64,000 nucleotides of DNA from Escherichia phage arall, in sequence record MN850584.1; one strand, given 5' to 3'. Shown piece by piece: positions 28,599 to 38,815 of this stretch. The position numbers and the translations under genes are program-made. The notes beneath the pieces were generated by a model. That model was not told the origin of the DNA. It saw nothing but the letters and a program-made list of their open reading frames with translations, and ran no database searches. Within the stretch, counting starts at the first letter, position 1; every line of letters starts with the position of its first letter.

Positions 28599-29009
28599 TT
28601 AGAATTCAGAATCATCATCTCGTGATGGATCATGTTCATTTCCGAAGTCTTCCATTTTGATATGAGAGCTACCCCAACCTGTAAAATCTTCTTCTCCAAA
28701 GTGCAAAATATCTACACCTTGATAGATTCGCTTATATTTATAGTCTTGTCGAACTGGGAAAGTATACAATGTAGTATTTGCAAACACCACACGTCGATTG
28801 TTGTTACTACGAATATTAACACCACGTTCTACTGTATAATGTCCATCGGTAGACATACCAAGCATTACTAATGCTGCTCGCAATGTAGTGTTATGATACT
28901 CGTGAGGAATTTTTCCTCCGTGTTTTTTAGCCATTTCTTTCCAGATCGGTGTAGCCTTAATGGTAGACATACTTACGGTCGCCCAAACGGTTGTATTAAT
29001 TAGTGACAT
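28599..29009 (-). CDS. hypothetical protein
   Basis: 136 aa ORF. Confidence 0.5.
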   Translation of the reverse strand: MSLINTTVWATVSMSTIKATPIWKEMAKKHGGKIPHEYHNTTLRAALVMLGMSTDGHYTVERGVNIRSNNNRRVVFANTTLYTFPVRQDYKYKRIYQGVDILHFGEEDFTGWGSSHIKMEDFGNEHDPSRDDDSEF

Positions 29010-29107
29010 AAATTCTCCTTCTCTCTTTTTAAGGAGAGCTACGCTCTCCTAACGTTAGCCTATACTACACGAATCTCAATTAAAAGTCAACTATAATTTT
29101 AAGTTGA

Positions 29108-30079
29108 TCACCATTTTGTATGGTTAGTCAAAAGTTGACGATGTTGAATCCAAGCGCAGAAGTTTCCACTCCACAAACGATGTTTACGATCCATATGTGT
29201 AATACCTTCTTCCCAAGAAGTAGGGAACGGAGGAATATTAATACCACCTTTCTGTTGTTTTAATCCTGACAAATCCATTTCTTTCATTGGCGTTGCCTGG
29301 TGTTCAAACGGAGATGCATGTACCTTTTGTCCAGACAGCAAACGAGAATAGATATCCAATGCTTTATCTTTAGTATCATTCAACTTACGATAACTTACCT
29401 GAGCGCAACAAGAAGCTGAAATAGCTTTTGCTTCCTCTTCTGTCAACATTTTCTCGTTGGAGAAGGTTTCACCCAAGAAATAACGGATCATACCAGTTTC
29501 TGGATCTCGATCACGATTAACGTAAGGTGTATGCCATTCCCCTGGGAAAAGAAGATATGGTTCAGAAGATTCATACAGTTTTTTAATTTCTTTAGCAAGA
29601 GCCTCAATAGTAGGATCTGCATCAGCATCTACACGCAACCACAAGAAGTTTTCTAGCTCTGTAGTGGTTACTACAGTCTTCATACGCTGGAATGGTTCTA
29701 GTAGGCGGTTTGCAACCTGTTTATGATAACCAGCAAGGGCAAACTCTTCTGCAAAACGTGCAGCACTTAGTGCAGCCAAGTCCCACCATTCTTTTGCAGT
29801 GTAACCTGCATCAATCAGGGCATCGTGATCTGTGCCTTTATCTTGCATACCTGGTTGGTTAGCACCAAAACGATAAGGACGTGCTGGAGATTGCCGTACC
29901 ATTTCAATTAGAGTTTTAACAGGGATAGCTCGACTTGATGCAGCATTACGAGAAAACAAACGATGCGTCATCAATTCAGAGTGAATGATTCGAGGATATT
30001 CAAGTTCAAAGGTAACAATATCCTTACCTTCAGATGTTTGAGAGTGTGCAATAATTTTTGCTGAAATAGAATCTGTCAT
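29108..30079 (-). CDS. thyX: ThyX-like flavin-dependent thymidylate synthase (divergent)
   Basis: 323 aa; THRLFSRNAASSR in place of canonical RHRx7S; FLWLRVDADA. Confidence 0.65.
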   Translation of the reverse strand: MTDSISAKIIAHSQTSEGKDIVTFELEYPRIIHSELMTHRLFSRNAASSRAIPVKTLIEMVRQSPARPYRFGANQPGMQDKGTDHDALIDAGYTAKEWWDLAALSAARFAEEFALAGYHKQVANRLLEPFQRMKTVVTTTELENFLWLRVDADADPTIEALAKEIKKLYESSEPYLLFPGEWHTPYVNRDRDPETGMIRYFLGETFSNEKMLTEEEAKAISASCCAQVSYRKLNDTKDKALDIYSRLLSGQKVHASPFEHQATPMKEMDLSGLKQQKGGINIPPFPTSWEEGITHMDRKHRLWSGNFCAWIQHRQLLTNHTKW

Positions 30080-30088
30080 TATTTCTCC

Positions 30089-30679
30089 TTAAGGTAGTAA
30101 AATACTTTCAATTTCTTCCCACTGATTATCTAAACCAGTGATAATTACATTAGGAAGTTTCTTTAACTCTTCCAAGTACGGATCTTCATAAATAGTGTTG
30201 AAATATATTTTCAACGTTTCATCTGGGAATAGGACAAGATTTTCAGCCCTATCATCAATAGTTACGTCGCAAGGCAATAAGTATTTTTCTTTTGTTGCGA
30301 AAAAACCATTACCAGATGTTCTACTAAAATCCACTTTATCTAAAGATCGTGTTACGTGTCTATATTTAGAACTAAGGTGTCCACCCTTAGTGTGGCTTGC
30401 TATAGATATATTAGCTCCATTTGCAATTATACGATGAACAACATCTGTACTATTAGGTACTACTCCCATAGTATCATATAGATGTTGGTTATCCCAAAAA
30501 GAGTAAGGATCTACACCAAATTGCTTTTTAAAATCAGGAAAATATTTCGTAATATCATAATGCACAGTCTTTTGTGTCTTATCAAACTTGATATTAGATC
30601 TACTTACCGCATTTAACCAACTCAACCATTCTATATCGGCAGGAGCTATTACTAAATCCCAATCACATACTAGACGCAT
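30089..30679 (-). CDS. HAD-family 5'(3')-deoxyribonucleotidase-like
   Basis: ORF track trimmed to M39 (RBS AGGAG); DWDLV motif I, DVTIDDRAENL. Confidence 0.5.
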   Translation of the reverse strand: MRLVCDWDLVIAPADIEWLSWLNAVSRSNIKFDKTQKTVHYDITKYFPDFKKQFGVDPYSFWDNQHLYDTMGVVPNSTDVVHRIIANGANISIASHTKGGHLSSKYRHVTRSLDKVDFSRTSGNGFFATKEKYLLPCDVTIDDRAENLVLFPDETLKIYFNTIYEDPYLEELKKLPNVIITGLDNQWEEIESILLP

Positions 30680-31226
30680 TATTTCTCCTGTTATAACATT
30701 TTCTACACATTGTTTCGTAAATGTCTTCTCCTCCAATAACAATCTGTTCTTTAGAGTCGATAAGTCTAGCATTGAAAATAGCTTTTCTTCCACATTTACA
30801 AATGCTTTTCAATTCTGTAATTGAATCTGCTATGGCTAATAACCGTTCAGAACCTTCAAACAATTCTGTAGCAAAATCTGTTTTAAGTCCATAGCAGAAT
30901 ACAGGAATATCGTAATTATCTACCACATCTCCAAGAATGTCAACCATATCTTTAGTTAGGAATTGTGATTCGTCCACAAATACTGCATCTACTGGATTTT
31001 CTTTAAGCTGTGTATAAATTTCCAGCATATCTTCTTTTGTTTTAACTGGTTTTGCTTCCTCTTTAATACCTATCCTAGAAGCAATAGCACAACCAGATCT
31101 GGTATCTAAAGCTGAAGTTAAAAGAAGAACTTTCATATTTCTTTCTTTATAGTTCCAAGCTGTTTGTAGCAGATGTGTGCTTTTACCACTGTTCATTGGA
31201 CTATATCGGAAATAAAGTTTAGCCAT
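30663..31226 (-). CDS. tdk: thymidine kinase
   Basis: 187 aa; P-loop SPMNSGKST; C-terminal Cys pairs. Confidence 0.9.
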   Translation of the reverse strand: MAKLYFRYSPMNSGKSTHLLQTAWNYKERNMKVLLLTSALDTRSGCAIASRIGIKEEAKPVKTKEDMLEIYTQLKENPVDAVFVDESQFLTKDMVDILGDVVDNYDIPVFCYGLKTDFATELFEGSERLLAIADSITELKSICKCGRKAIFNARLIDSKEQIVIGGEDIYETMCRKCYNRRNNASSM

Positions 31227-31268
31227 ATTTTCTCCTCTAACGCTCCCATTTGTGGGAGCGATAATACT

Positions 31269-31847
31269 TTATTTTTTCTCTTCGTCAAGAAGAATTTTTA
31301 CTATTTGTTTTCTTCGCTTACTTACTGTACTTTCTGGTGAAATTCCGCGCTTCGTTAGCCAATTTTTATCCTTTTTAGACTGGCATAAAGCTATCGCTTC
31401 TTTCTCCGCTTTTGCTTCCCTGAATGTCATATCGTGCTTGTCAGCATAAGCCAGGATAGCGTTACACTGCTTACAAACTACACGCAGGTCGTCTTCTGTT
31501 ACGTACAATAGGCGTGAAACAAAACTTGGGATATCTTCATAACAGGTTAATGTACCTGCTGCATTAATATGGTCTACTTGAAAGTCTTTCATACCTCCTG
31601 TATGTCCACACAATTCACATTTACAATTCCAAACCTGTTTCGGTTTGCCTGTTTTCTTATCTAAAACTATATTTCCATCTTTATCCAACCTATCCGCTTT
31701 AAATCGTACAGATTGGATCTTTTTTATCTTATTCGGGTGTCTCACCCATGCTTTCCTTAAGCAACCCCTTAAATATGTATAAAAGGCTGCTTGAGTTTTC
31801 CAAGGTGTTCCATCTCCCCAAATAACTTTAGGTTCTTTATTTTCCAA
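31269..31847 (-). CDS. HNH endonuclease-like protein
   Basis: 192 aa; CKCELCGH...DFQVDHI...CKQCN. Confidence 0.55.
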   Translation of the reverse strand: MENKEPKVIWGDGTPWKTQAAFYTYLRGCLRKAWVRHPNKIKKIQSVRFKADRLDKDGNIVLDKKTGKPKQVWNCKCELCGHTGGMKDFQVDHINAAGTLTCYEDIPSFVSRLLYVTEDDLRVVCKQCNAILAYADKHDMTFREAKAEKEAIALCQSKKDKNWLTKRGISPESTVSKRRKQIVKILLDEEKK

Positions 31848-32031
31848 TAGTGCTCACCTTTTTAGCTACATAATCTCCAGGTGGAATGTTATATTTAAAG
31901 AAAAGCATACGGTCTAAACCAGCTTTACACATGTTTTCTGGGATTGTGATTGTATATAGGAGTTTATCTCCACGTTTATTGTATATTTTATATACTTCAC
32001 CCTCTCCGTATTGTTTACCGTGAGAAGCCAT
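31837..32031 (-). CDS. hypothetical protein
   Basis: 64 aa ORF. Confidence 0.45.
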   Translation of the reverse strand: MASHGKQYGEGEVYKIYNKRGDKLLYTITIPENMCKAGLDRMLFFKYNIPPGDYVAKKVSTIGK

Positions 32032-32416
32032 CTACGCTCTCCTTCAATGTTTCAATAGCATCTGCTGCTTCAATATACTTACCTTTGTACATTGCTTTTA
32101 AAGCCTTACGAACAAGATCATCGTCTGTGTATAAATCAATTAGCTGATTAGCTAACTCAATTTTTACAGGATTTTTTAAGTTAGGGTAGGCTTCATACAA
32201 CATATTGTAATACTTATCACTTAATTCTTTTTCAATATGAATAACGTGAATCGCTTTGTTTAGGTTGATCACACGATCACCTTTGTTTCGACAAGCATAC
32301 TTAGCTAACTTAGTGAAACAAGGAGTTGCACCAATTAGATATGCAAGTTCCAAAGGTTGCATACGCATACGTTTGTAGTGATCACCATCAATTTGAATAT
32401 CCAGTGCTGTAGTCAT
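32015..32416 (-). CDS. hypothetical protein
   Basis: 133 aa ORF. Confidence 0.5.
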   Translation of the reverse strand: MTTALDIQIDGDHYKRMRMQPLELAYLIGATPCFTKLAKYACRNKGDRVINLNKAIHVIHIEKELSDKYYNMLYEAYPNLKNPVKIELANQLIDLYTDDDLVRKALKAMYKGKYIEAADAIETLKESVDGFSR

Positions 32417-32425
32417 AAATCCTCC

Positions 32426-32454
32426 AAAAATAAAGGGGCTTTCGCCCCTTTTTA
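32426..32454. terminator. terminator hairpin
   Basis: GGGGCTTTCGCCCC flanked by A-run and T-run. Confidence 0.55.
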
Positions 32455-33417
32455 TTAAATTCCAATAACAGTGTTTACACGCTTCTCTTTGCTACGCAAA
32501 TTAACACGTCCACGAGACAGGCTATTACATGATGTGCATCTTAGCACTTGGAATGTACTAACCGCTGTTGTGTAAACCTTACCAGGAACAACTTCAAGGT
32601 GCTCTTTACCGCAACGAGGACAACGAAGTTTTTCATCGTCATAGAATGCAGATACGTTAGGATGTTGTGGAATCCATGCACGAAGTTTGATGTAAAGATC
32701 TCTAAGAGAAACAACATCACCATCATTGTATGTTTGCATACGGAAGAAGGCATGTCTATCTCCTTCACAACATGCTTTCCACAAAGGAAAACCTTCATTA
32801 TCAAGTTTAAAGTTTTCTGTATCAAAATACAAACACATTTCTTTAAGCGCATTAGAAGGTAGTGCAAACTGCTTCTTAGCTGCCTTGAGTGTATCAATTA
32901 CAACATAATGTGATGGTGGCTCCATACCGTGAAAAGCAAAACGTTGGTTAATATAAGCCTTATCAAACTTAATACCATTGTGCGCGATCACAATATCTGC
33001 ATCGTCAAGTAAGTGCCAGAGATCTTGACATAATTCCCAATCATCTGTATGATCTATGTCAAACAAAGGGTAATTGCTAAGGTTCTTACCTTCTACTTCC
33101 CCTGTTTCTAAATCAGCAGATGAATAGGAAAGCAAGTAACCTCGACGAATAACTTGTTCAGGTGCAATAAAGGCTTTGAAACGTGAGAAGCTATACACAA
33201 TCTCCGGTGCTGTCTCTACGTCAATAATTTTAATTACTGGCCCACCTTTATCTTGCGGAGCACCGCGATGTGGTGAATTTACACGAGCTAAGTAATCATT
33301 TACTGTGCTCTTCTTAGTAGAACTTCCCAACACCTCTTGTGCAATCTTACGCGAAGAATAACCTTGTGCTTTCATAGATACAATCAAGGCTTTCTGTTCG
33401 TCTGTTAATTTACTCAA
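32455..33417 (-). CDS. DEDD-type 3'-5' exonuclease with N-terminal HTH and C-terminal zinc finger
   Basis: 320 aa; IKIIDVETAP (Exo I DxE), HNGIKFDKAY (Exo III), CPRCG...CTSC. Confidence 0.6.
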   Translation of the reverse strand: MSKLTDEQKALIVSMKAQGYSSRKIAQEVLGSSTKKSTVNDYLARVNSPHRGAPQDKGGPVIKIIDVETAPEIVYSFSRFKAFIAPEQVIRRGYLLSYSSADLETGEVEGKNLSNYPLFDIDHTDDWELCQDLWHLLDDADIVIAHNGIKFDKAYINQRFAFHGMEPPSHYVVIDTLKAAKKQFALPSNALKEMCLYFDTENFKLDNEGFPLWKACCEGDRHAFFRMQTYNDGDVVSLRDLYIKLRAWIPQHPNVSAFYDDEKLRCPRCGKEHLEVVPGKVYTTAVSTFQVLRCTSCNSLSRGRVNLRSKEKRVNTVIGI

Positions 33418-34448
33418 TGTTCCTCCTGCTCTGAAATATATGCTTGTAGCATACTTTCAAAAGTTGTTTCATCATTCGCCCAACGTTTCATATATACCAA
33501 CTGAAAAATTGTCTCTATCCATTCGTCAGTTGTCATCTCTACTTCTTCACCATCCCAAGAAGTAAATTTAACGCCATCTGGGAACCATTCATAATACTGA
33601 TCTTTAACTGTCTGAAAAAGTTCAGCCTGTGTTTTACATTTGGAAATAAGATTAAAGCAAGTAATATCTCCAAACTTAACATCGAAATCTTGGTAAGGTC
33701 GAATACTATCTGTCTTATCGCCCATTAGCATTTGATAAGCTAACCAGTAACTACCCCAACCCTTAACTTCTTTTTTCTTACCTTTTTCTACGATCCAGAT
33801 ATCACCAATAGATTCATCAATCAGAATAACACAAGGATTTTTATAAACACCATCCTCTTTATAAAAGTTAAAGAGTAAACTTGGTGTGTGTAAGCTATCT
33901 TTGTCGATAGATGCTACAATATGAGAAAACTTACCAGTTTCCTTGTAGGCTTTATACCCTGCATATCCATAGATTTCTAAAGCATCATCTGCCTCAATAC
34001 CAGTAACAACGTCACCGTTATGTTTTTCAACTAGATAATCTTTAGTATCTGATAATTGGATTGGTCTTAAATCTGATCGCTCTGATTTATATTCTTTTGG
34101 CATTTTGAAAGAATGCCGGAAGGTTTTTCCTACCCCGATGACACCGCAATACTTTTGAAGTTTTAGGTGATCCACCATCTGGGTTATTTTTGTCTTTGCA
34201 GCTTGAAACGTAAAAGAAATATTCTCTGGGACTATTTGAACATCTTTTATTTCAAAATCTTCTTTGGAGAACAACTTCTTACCAGCAGCTTCGCGTTGCG
34301 CGTTAAGTGCTCCTAACCATCCTCCAATATTTTTTGAAGATTTACCCCAAAAATCTGTTCTTGTTTCAAACTCTTTTACATTACCGGAAGCCTTGTGTAC
34401 AGCGTGGATTTTTCTTTGTTCTAAAGCTGAAGACGCTTGGAACGCCAC
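33414..34448 (-). CDS. 5'-3' exonuclease / flap endonuclease-like
   Basis: 344 aa; LMGDKTDSIRPY resembles H3TH LxGDxxDNIPG of FEN/5'-exonucleases. Confidence 0.55.
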   Translation of the reverse strand: MAFQASSALEQRKIHAVHKASGNVKEFETRTDFWGKSSKNIGGWLGALNAQREAAGKKLFSKEDFEIKDVQIVPENISFTFQAAKTKITQMVDHLKLQKYCGVIGVGKTFRHSFKMPKEYKSERSDLRPIQLSDTKDYLVEKHNGDVVTGIEADDALEIYGYAGYKAYKETGKFSHIVASIDKDSLHTPSLLFNFYKEDGVYKNPCVILIDESIGDIWIVEKGKKKEVKGWGSYWLAYQMLMGDKTDSIRPYQDFDVKFGDITCFNLISKCKTQAELFQTVKDQYYEWFPDGVKFTSWDGEEVEMTTDEWIETIFQLVYMKRWANDETTFESMLQAYISEQEEH

Positions 34449-34540
34449 TTGATCGTAGTCTATTGCAAGAATTGTGTTCTCGTCAACATATTTGTGCAGG
34501 TCTTCCGGTTGGATTAAAATGTAACCGCTAATATTACCTC

Positions 34541-34753
34541 CTATTCATCATCTGAACTCTCTGTTGAGAATGTTCGTGTGTAGGGACACTGACGACTTGC
34601 AGAAACCTCTATAACCTTGTCGTACATACCGTTAGAGTAAAAACAGTATTTTGTACTTCCAGAAACTTGTTCTCCAGAATTAATTAAAGTTATTTGACCA
34701 GCATAAGAATAAGAACTGATTACTAAAAGTAAACCGACAAGAAGTTTTTTCAT
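34541..34753 (-). CDS. small secreted/lipoprotein-like protein
   Basis: 70 aa; N-terminal signal-like MKKLLVGLLLVISSYSYA. Confidence 0.5.
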   Translation of the reverse strand: MKKLLVGLLLVISSYSYAGQITLINSGEQVSGSTKYCFYSNGMYDKVIEVSASRQCPYTRTFSTESSDDE

Positions 34754-34828
34754 TGGTGTGTCTCCTTAAAAGCCCACCTAACTAAGTAGGTAGGCATATT
34801 AACACATATTAAATTAGTAAGTCAAGTA

Positions 34829-35713
34829 TTATTTTTGAATAGTTGACTTAATAAGGTCTTGCATAATACCACGGATTTCATTAAAGCACAGAAGGACAGA
34901 TGCTTCAAAAGATCCTTCTTCATCGTTAAAGTATTTAGGGAATTTAATACCACTCAACTTAAATTCTTTATCAACAATAAAGTTAACGAAACCGTCATAT
35001 TCCAGGCCAATGGCAACAACGTGCTTACCATCTTCCATAAGTTCTACTGCACGAGATTCATAAAGGGATTCTTTACTCCATACAACCACACCTTCAGAAT
35101 CTTCAAGTTTAATATAATTACCAAGGGTCAGTCGTTCAGCCTCATGTTCTTCTAAGATGGTATCAAAACCTTTAATAATGGCTTCTTCGTGTACACTAAA
35201 CGGCAGAACTGGGAAAGTACCCAACACCTCACGAAGAAACACAGCAATATCTTCACTAATTTTCTTAGTACCATTAAGAACGTAGGTAATACTGTTCTCA
35301 GTGTCTACAACAACATAGTTATAGAAATCATCTGCCTCTGTTTCTGGGAGCAGAGAAAACACGATATCAGCCTCAATTGCTTTTTTACTTTCTTTATCCA
35401 AGAAGAATTCTTTAGTAGGATTTGCAGCAATAAACTCTTGTTCCATCTCTTGGAGTTTTTCATTAAGAATGCGTTTAACTTTTTTCTTGTTAACTTTCTT
35501 AACAGATTGCCCTACTTTAATAACCTCTAAACCAGAGAACACTTTTACATAGGAACCATCATCTTCAAAACGAACAAGACCAATGGTATGTGCTTGTTGA
35601 CCCTGTGCCACAACAAAATCCAGCGGTTTGTCTGTTACTGTGTTCAGTGCGGAAATAGACAGACCATCACCAGAAATCAGGGTTACGCAAGATTTGAAAT
35701 TTTTAGCAAACAT
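34829..35713 (-). CDS. hypothetical protein
   Basis: 294 aa ORF. Confidence 0.55.
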   Translation of the reverse strand: MFAKNFKSCVTLISGDGLSISALNTVTDKPLDFVVAQGQQAHTIGLVRFEDDGSYVKVFSGLEVIKVGQSVKKVNKKKVKRILNEKLQEMEQEFIAANPTKEFFLDKESKKAIEADIVFSLLPETEADDFYNYVVVDTENSITYVLNGTKKISEDIAVFLREVLGTFPVLPFSVHEEAIIKGFDTILEEHEAERLTLGNYIKLEDSEGVVVWSKESLYESRAVELMEDGKHVVAIGLEYDGFVNFIVDKEFKLSGIKFPKYFNDEEGSFEASVLLCFNEIRGIMQDLIKSTIQK

Positions 35714-35723
35714 AGTTTTCTCC

Positions 35724-36002
35724 TCAAATAATAACTACAAAATATTTTACACCATCATATTCGACAATATGATCAGGATATTTAAATCCTTTATAAGATT
35801 TACCAAACAGACTAACAGCCTCATTAGCTTTGTTTTGCGGATTACTCAGCCACTGTTCTTCTGTGTAAAACTTAAACTCTGTTCTCTTACCTTCTTTTTC
35901 TAAACCAACAATTTCCTGTGTGATATCTTCAATACCTGCATTCTTCAAGGATTTGATTACCTGACGCAAACCGTGTTTAAAGATATCTTCTGCTGTTAAC
36001 AT
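35724..36002 (-). CDS. hypothetical protein
   Basis: 92 aa ORF. Confidence 0.5.
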   Translation of the reverse strand: MLTAEDIFKHGLRQVIKSLKNAGIEDITQEIVGLEKEGKRTEFKFYTEEQWLSNPQNKANEAVSLFGKSYKGFKYPDHIVEYDGVKYFVVII

Positions 36003-36009
36003 AATACCT

Positions 36010-36034
36010 CCAATAAGCCCCCGAAGGGGCTTTA
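36010..36034. terminator. terminator hairpin
   Basis: AGCCCCCGAAGGGGCT followed by TTATTT. Confidence 0.45.
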
Positions 36035-36038
36035 TTTC

Positions 36039-36761
36039 TTAAGCAATGATTGCTGCGATATTAGGTTTAACAAAGGTAGATGGTTTCATAATTTTACCTT
36101 TGTCATCAAAGAATACGTACACCTTTTGAACTTCGTTATATACAGCATGTACCCCAGTATAAGAACCTTCTGCACGATCTTTGCTTCGCATCTCGATAGC
36201 ATCGCACTCTTTTTCAAGAGCTTCAATAATATCCTTAGTTTCCCAAATAGCCAGGAGTTGCTTCTTGGTAGGATACTTGGACTCATTGCTATTCAACACT
36301 TCACGCATAACCTTCTTCTCGTTATAAACAGAACGCACCAAAGTATCTCGTGCCATACGGGTAAGTGTAAGAGACATTAAGGCAAATTGCAAGTCATTTT
36401 CTACCATTTTATCAAATTCAATGATAACATCGTAAATGTTTTCTGCCAGAACATCTCCTGTCGGCATTTCCAGAGCTTTATCAACACCTTCTTTACCAAA
36501 GAACATAAATGCCAGGTAGGATGCTACCACAAAAATATCTGCTGCTGCATCAAGTAATTCAACGTGATCATTTTCCTGTGCTGCTGCTTGAAACTCTTTA
36601 AGTTCTTCTCGTACAAAAGAAAGTTGAGCTTCAAACATCTCTTGAGTAAATTCTGGAGTTACTCCACCGCGTGCCTTAGCATTCCAAGCAACAATTTGAT
36701 CGGCAGCTTTGATAAAGAAGCTATTGTCCACTTTTACTTGTTTGAAAAAATTCTCGATCAT
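36039..36761 (-). CDS. hypothetical protein (possibly all-alpha NTP pyrophosphohydrolase-like)
   Basis: 240 aa; EELKEF...ELLDAAADIF acidic helices. Confidence 0.4.
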   Translation of the reverse strand: MIENFFKQVKVDNSFFIKAADQIVAWNAKARGGVTPEFTQEMFEAQLSFVREELKEFQAAAQENDHVELLDAAADIFVVASYLAFMFFGKEGVDKALEMPTGDVLAENIYDVIIEFDKMVENDLQFALMSLTLTRMARDTLVRSVYNEKKVMREVLNSNESKYPTKKQLLAIWETKDIIEALEKECDAIEMRSKDRAEGSYTGVHAVYNEVQKVYVFFDDKGKIMKPSTFVKPNIAAIIA

Positions 36762-36770
36762 TGTTTCTCC

Positions 36771-36977
36771 TTATTTAAAATATTGTTCTAACAAAACACT
36801 AATGCGAACTACCGATTCGCCCATATACGCCCCAGCACAGAGGAAAACAACAAATCTACAAAAATTGCAGTACCATTTGTCCACTGGAAACGAGGCTAAC
36901 ATTATAATTGCAATAGCAATTAACATCATAAGAACTGTTACTAATACCATATTACCTCTTACTCTGCTGGTTCCCAA
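36771..36977 (-). CDS. small membrane protein
   Basis: 68 aa; hydrophobic MVLVTVLMMLIAIAIIMLASF. Confidence 0.45.
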   Translation of the reverse strand: MGTSRVRGNMVLVTVLMMLIAIAIIMLASFPVDKWYCNFCRFVVFLCAGAYMGESVVRISVLLEQYFK

Positions 36978-38074
36978 GTACCTGGAATCATCTTACGTAA
37001 ACGGACACCTGTTGGTTTCGTAGGTATTCCACCATCGGAAAACTCTTCATACTCAATCTCAACAAATTTACCAATTAACATTTCAGCATTTTCTGCTTTA
37101 CGATAGTTAATAGTTTCGTCTGAATCCTTACGCATCAGGAATTCGACTACTTTACCATTTTCCATCTCTCCTGTCAATACCCCGTCACCATTTTTATCAC
37201 GCTTTGCACTTACCACTTTAACTTCAAGCGTCTGGCGTGGTTTACGTTTAATAACATCATAAGAACGTTTATCAAATTCGTAAACACCTTTTGCATTACG
37301 ATACACCACACCTTCCGCTTTCTCACGTAGAGCTTTTGCATAGAAAGCATCAAACTGTTCTTGGTTTTCAATGTACTCTGTATGTACTACACAAATAAGT
37401 TCATCTAAACCTTTGTCTTCAACAACTTCTTTTAGAGCAGCCAAAACTTGAACCCTCTTCTCAAATGGTACAGATGCCACAGGAACATCATATACATAGT
37501 ATTTAAGAAGTGGTGTGTTAGCATTATGCTTTTTCCACGCACTATTAATTTGTTGAAGGCTAAGAACACCCAAGCCAGCAAAAACTTCACCGTCAAGAGG
37601 ATGACCAACTACTTCTTTAATAAAGGTTGGAATTTCTTCCCAGTGAGGTGGAAGTTTATATACCTCCCCAGCTTTAGATAAACATTCACCTTGCATGTTA
37701 ATCATTGAACGTAGACCATTCAATTTATATTGTGCATAACCTGGGAACAAAACACGGTCAGCATAATCTTTATAATCCTGACATTTCATGGGTGTGGAAG
37801 GAACATGGTTTTCAGCTTCCTCTTTTGTTTTATAGTACCCATTCTTAAGTTGCTTTGTCCATTTGGCAAGAGCTTCTATTTCAGCTTGTTCTTCTGCTGT
37901 TGTTTCATTTGAGCGACCAATATTTTTAGGTTCTGCCGTATAAGATTTGCTAGTGATCTTTCCACCTAATTGACCATGAGCAACAGTTACAACACTACCT
38001 TCGGTATAGACTGACCACTGTCTAATTTTACCTGTAGAAGTTTTACCATATAATGTAGGATTAGTTTGTTTCAT
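36959..38074 (-). CDS. ATP-dependent polynucleotide ligase (probable DNA ligase)
   Basis: ORF track trimmed to ATG 38074 (RBS GGAGG); motif I KLNGLR, DGEV, EGVVYR, KRKP. Confidence 0.65.
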   Translation of the reverse strand: MKQTNPTLYGKTSTGKIRQWSVYTEGSVVTVAHGQLGGKITSKSYTAEPKNIGRSNETTAEEQAEIEALAKWTKQLKNGYYKTKEEAENHVPSTPMKCQDYKDYADRVLFPGYAQYKLNGLRSMINMQGECLSKAGEVYKLPPHWEEIPTFIKEVVGHPLDGEVFAGLGVLSLQQINSAWKKHNANTPLLKYYVYDVPVASVPFEKRVQVLAALKEVVEDKGLDELICVVHTEYIENQEQFDAFYAKALREKAEGVVYRNAKGVYEFDKRSYDVIKRKPRQTLEVKVVSAKRDKNGDGVLTGEMENGKVVEFLMRKDSDETINYRKAENAEMLIGKFVEIEYEEFSDGGIPTKPTGVRLRKMIPGTWEPAE

Positions 38075-38264
38075 CTTTAACCTCCAGTTGCGAAAGAACC
38101 CATTTAGCCATTTCAATTTCACCGTGTAGTCTGCCTAGTTCATAGGCATCATCAATATTACCACCAGTGTAATCATCCACCATAAAGTAAGGATCTTCAC
38201 TACTGTTAGGCGCGTTTGCAATTCTCGTTAGTTCTTCAATAAATGTCATAGTTAACCTTACCAA
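38061..38264 (-). CDS. hypothetical protein
   Basis: 67 aa ORF. Confidence 0.45.
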   Translation of the reverse strand: MVRLTMTFIEELTRIANAPNSSEDPYFMVDDYTGGNIDDAYELGRLHGEIEMAKWVLSQLEVKDETN

Positions 38265-38482
38265 TTATACACAAGAGTTTGAATTTGTTCCATCAAATCT
38301 TCAAGATCTGTATCAACATATTCAGAAGATGTTGCCATAAAGTATGTAATCATTGTGAACCCTTCCGAAGAAAGGGCATCAAGGATATCATTAAACATAT
38401 CTTCCATTTCAGTATTCTCACCAAATGAGAATAACATTTGTTGATCTTCGCTTACACCTTTAACATAGATAGCTGTACTCAT
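38258..38482 (-). CDS. hypothetical acidic protein
   Basis: 74 aa ORF. Confidence 0.45.
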   Translation of the reverse strand: MSTAIYVKGVSEDQQMLFSFGENTEMEDMFNDILDALSSEGFTMITYFMATSSEYVDTDLEDLMEQIQTLVYNW

Positions 38483-38485
38483 ATA

Positions 38486-38806
38486 TTAATCCTTAAGACG
38501 TTCATTTAAATCTGCAATAACATCACCTAAATCTTCACATTCCAGCGTTAACTCTGAAACTTGTCCACTCAAATAAGAAACTTCTTCGTTTAGATCTGAA
38601 ATAATGTTTTCTAATGAATCTACTTGGTCATCATATGCACGTTTTGTTTCTTCAAGTTCTTCCGTAAGATCATTAATCAAACGGAGCAAAGATAAGATAT
38701 AGCCGTCTCCTGTCTCGTTCCTCCACTCACTTCCATAGCGATAAATAATAATTTTACCATCATCGACTACTGTAAAATACTTACCTTTACCAGAATAAAT
38801 TTCCAT
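38486..38806 (-). CDS. coiled-coil protein
   Basis: 106 aa; heptad-like acidic helix. Confidence 0.5.
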   Translation of the reverse strand: MEIYSGKGKYFTVVDDGKIIIYRYGSEWRNETGDGYILSLLRLINDLTEELEETKRAYDDQVDSLENIISDLNEEVSYLSGQVSELTLECEDLGDVIADLNERLKD

Positions 38807-38815
38807 AAATTCTCC

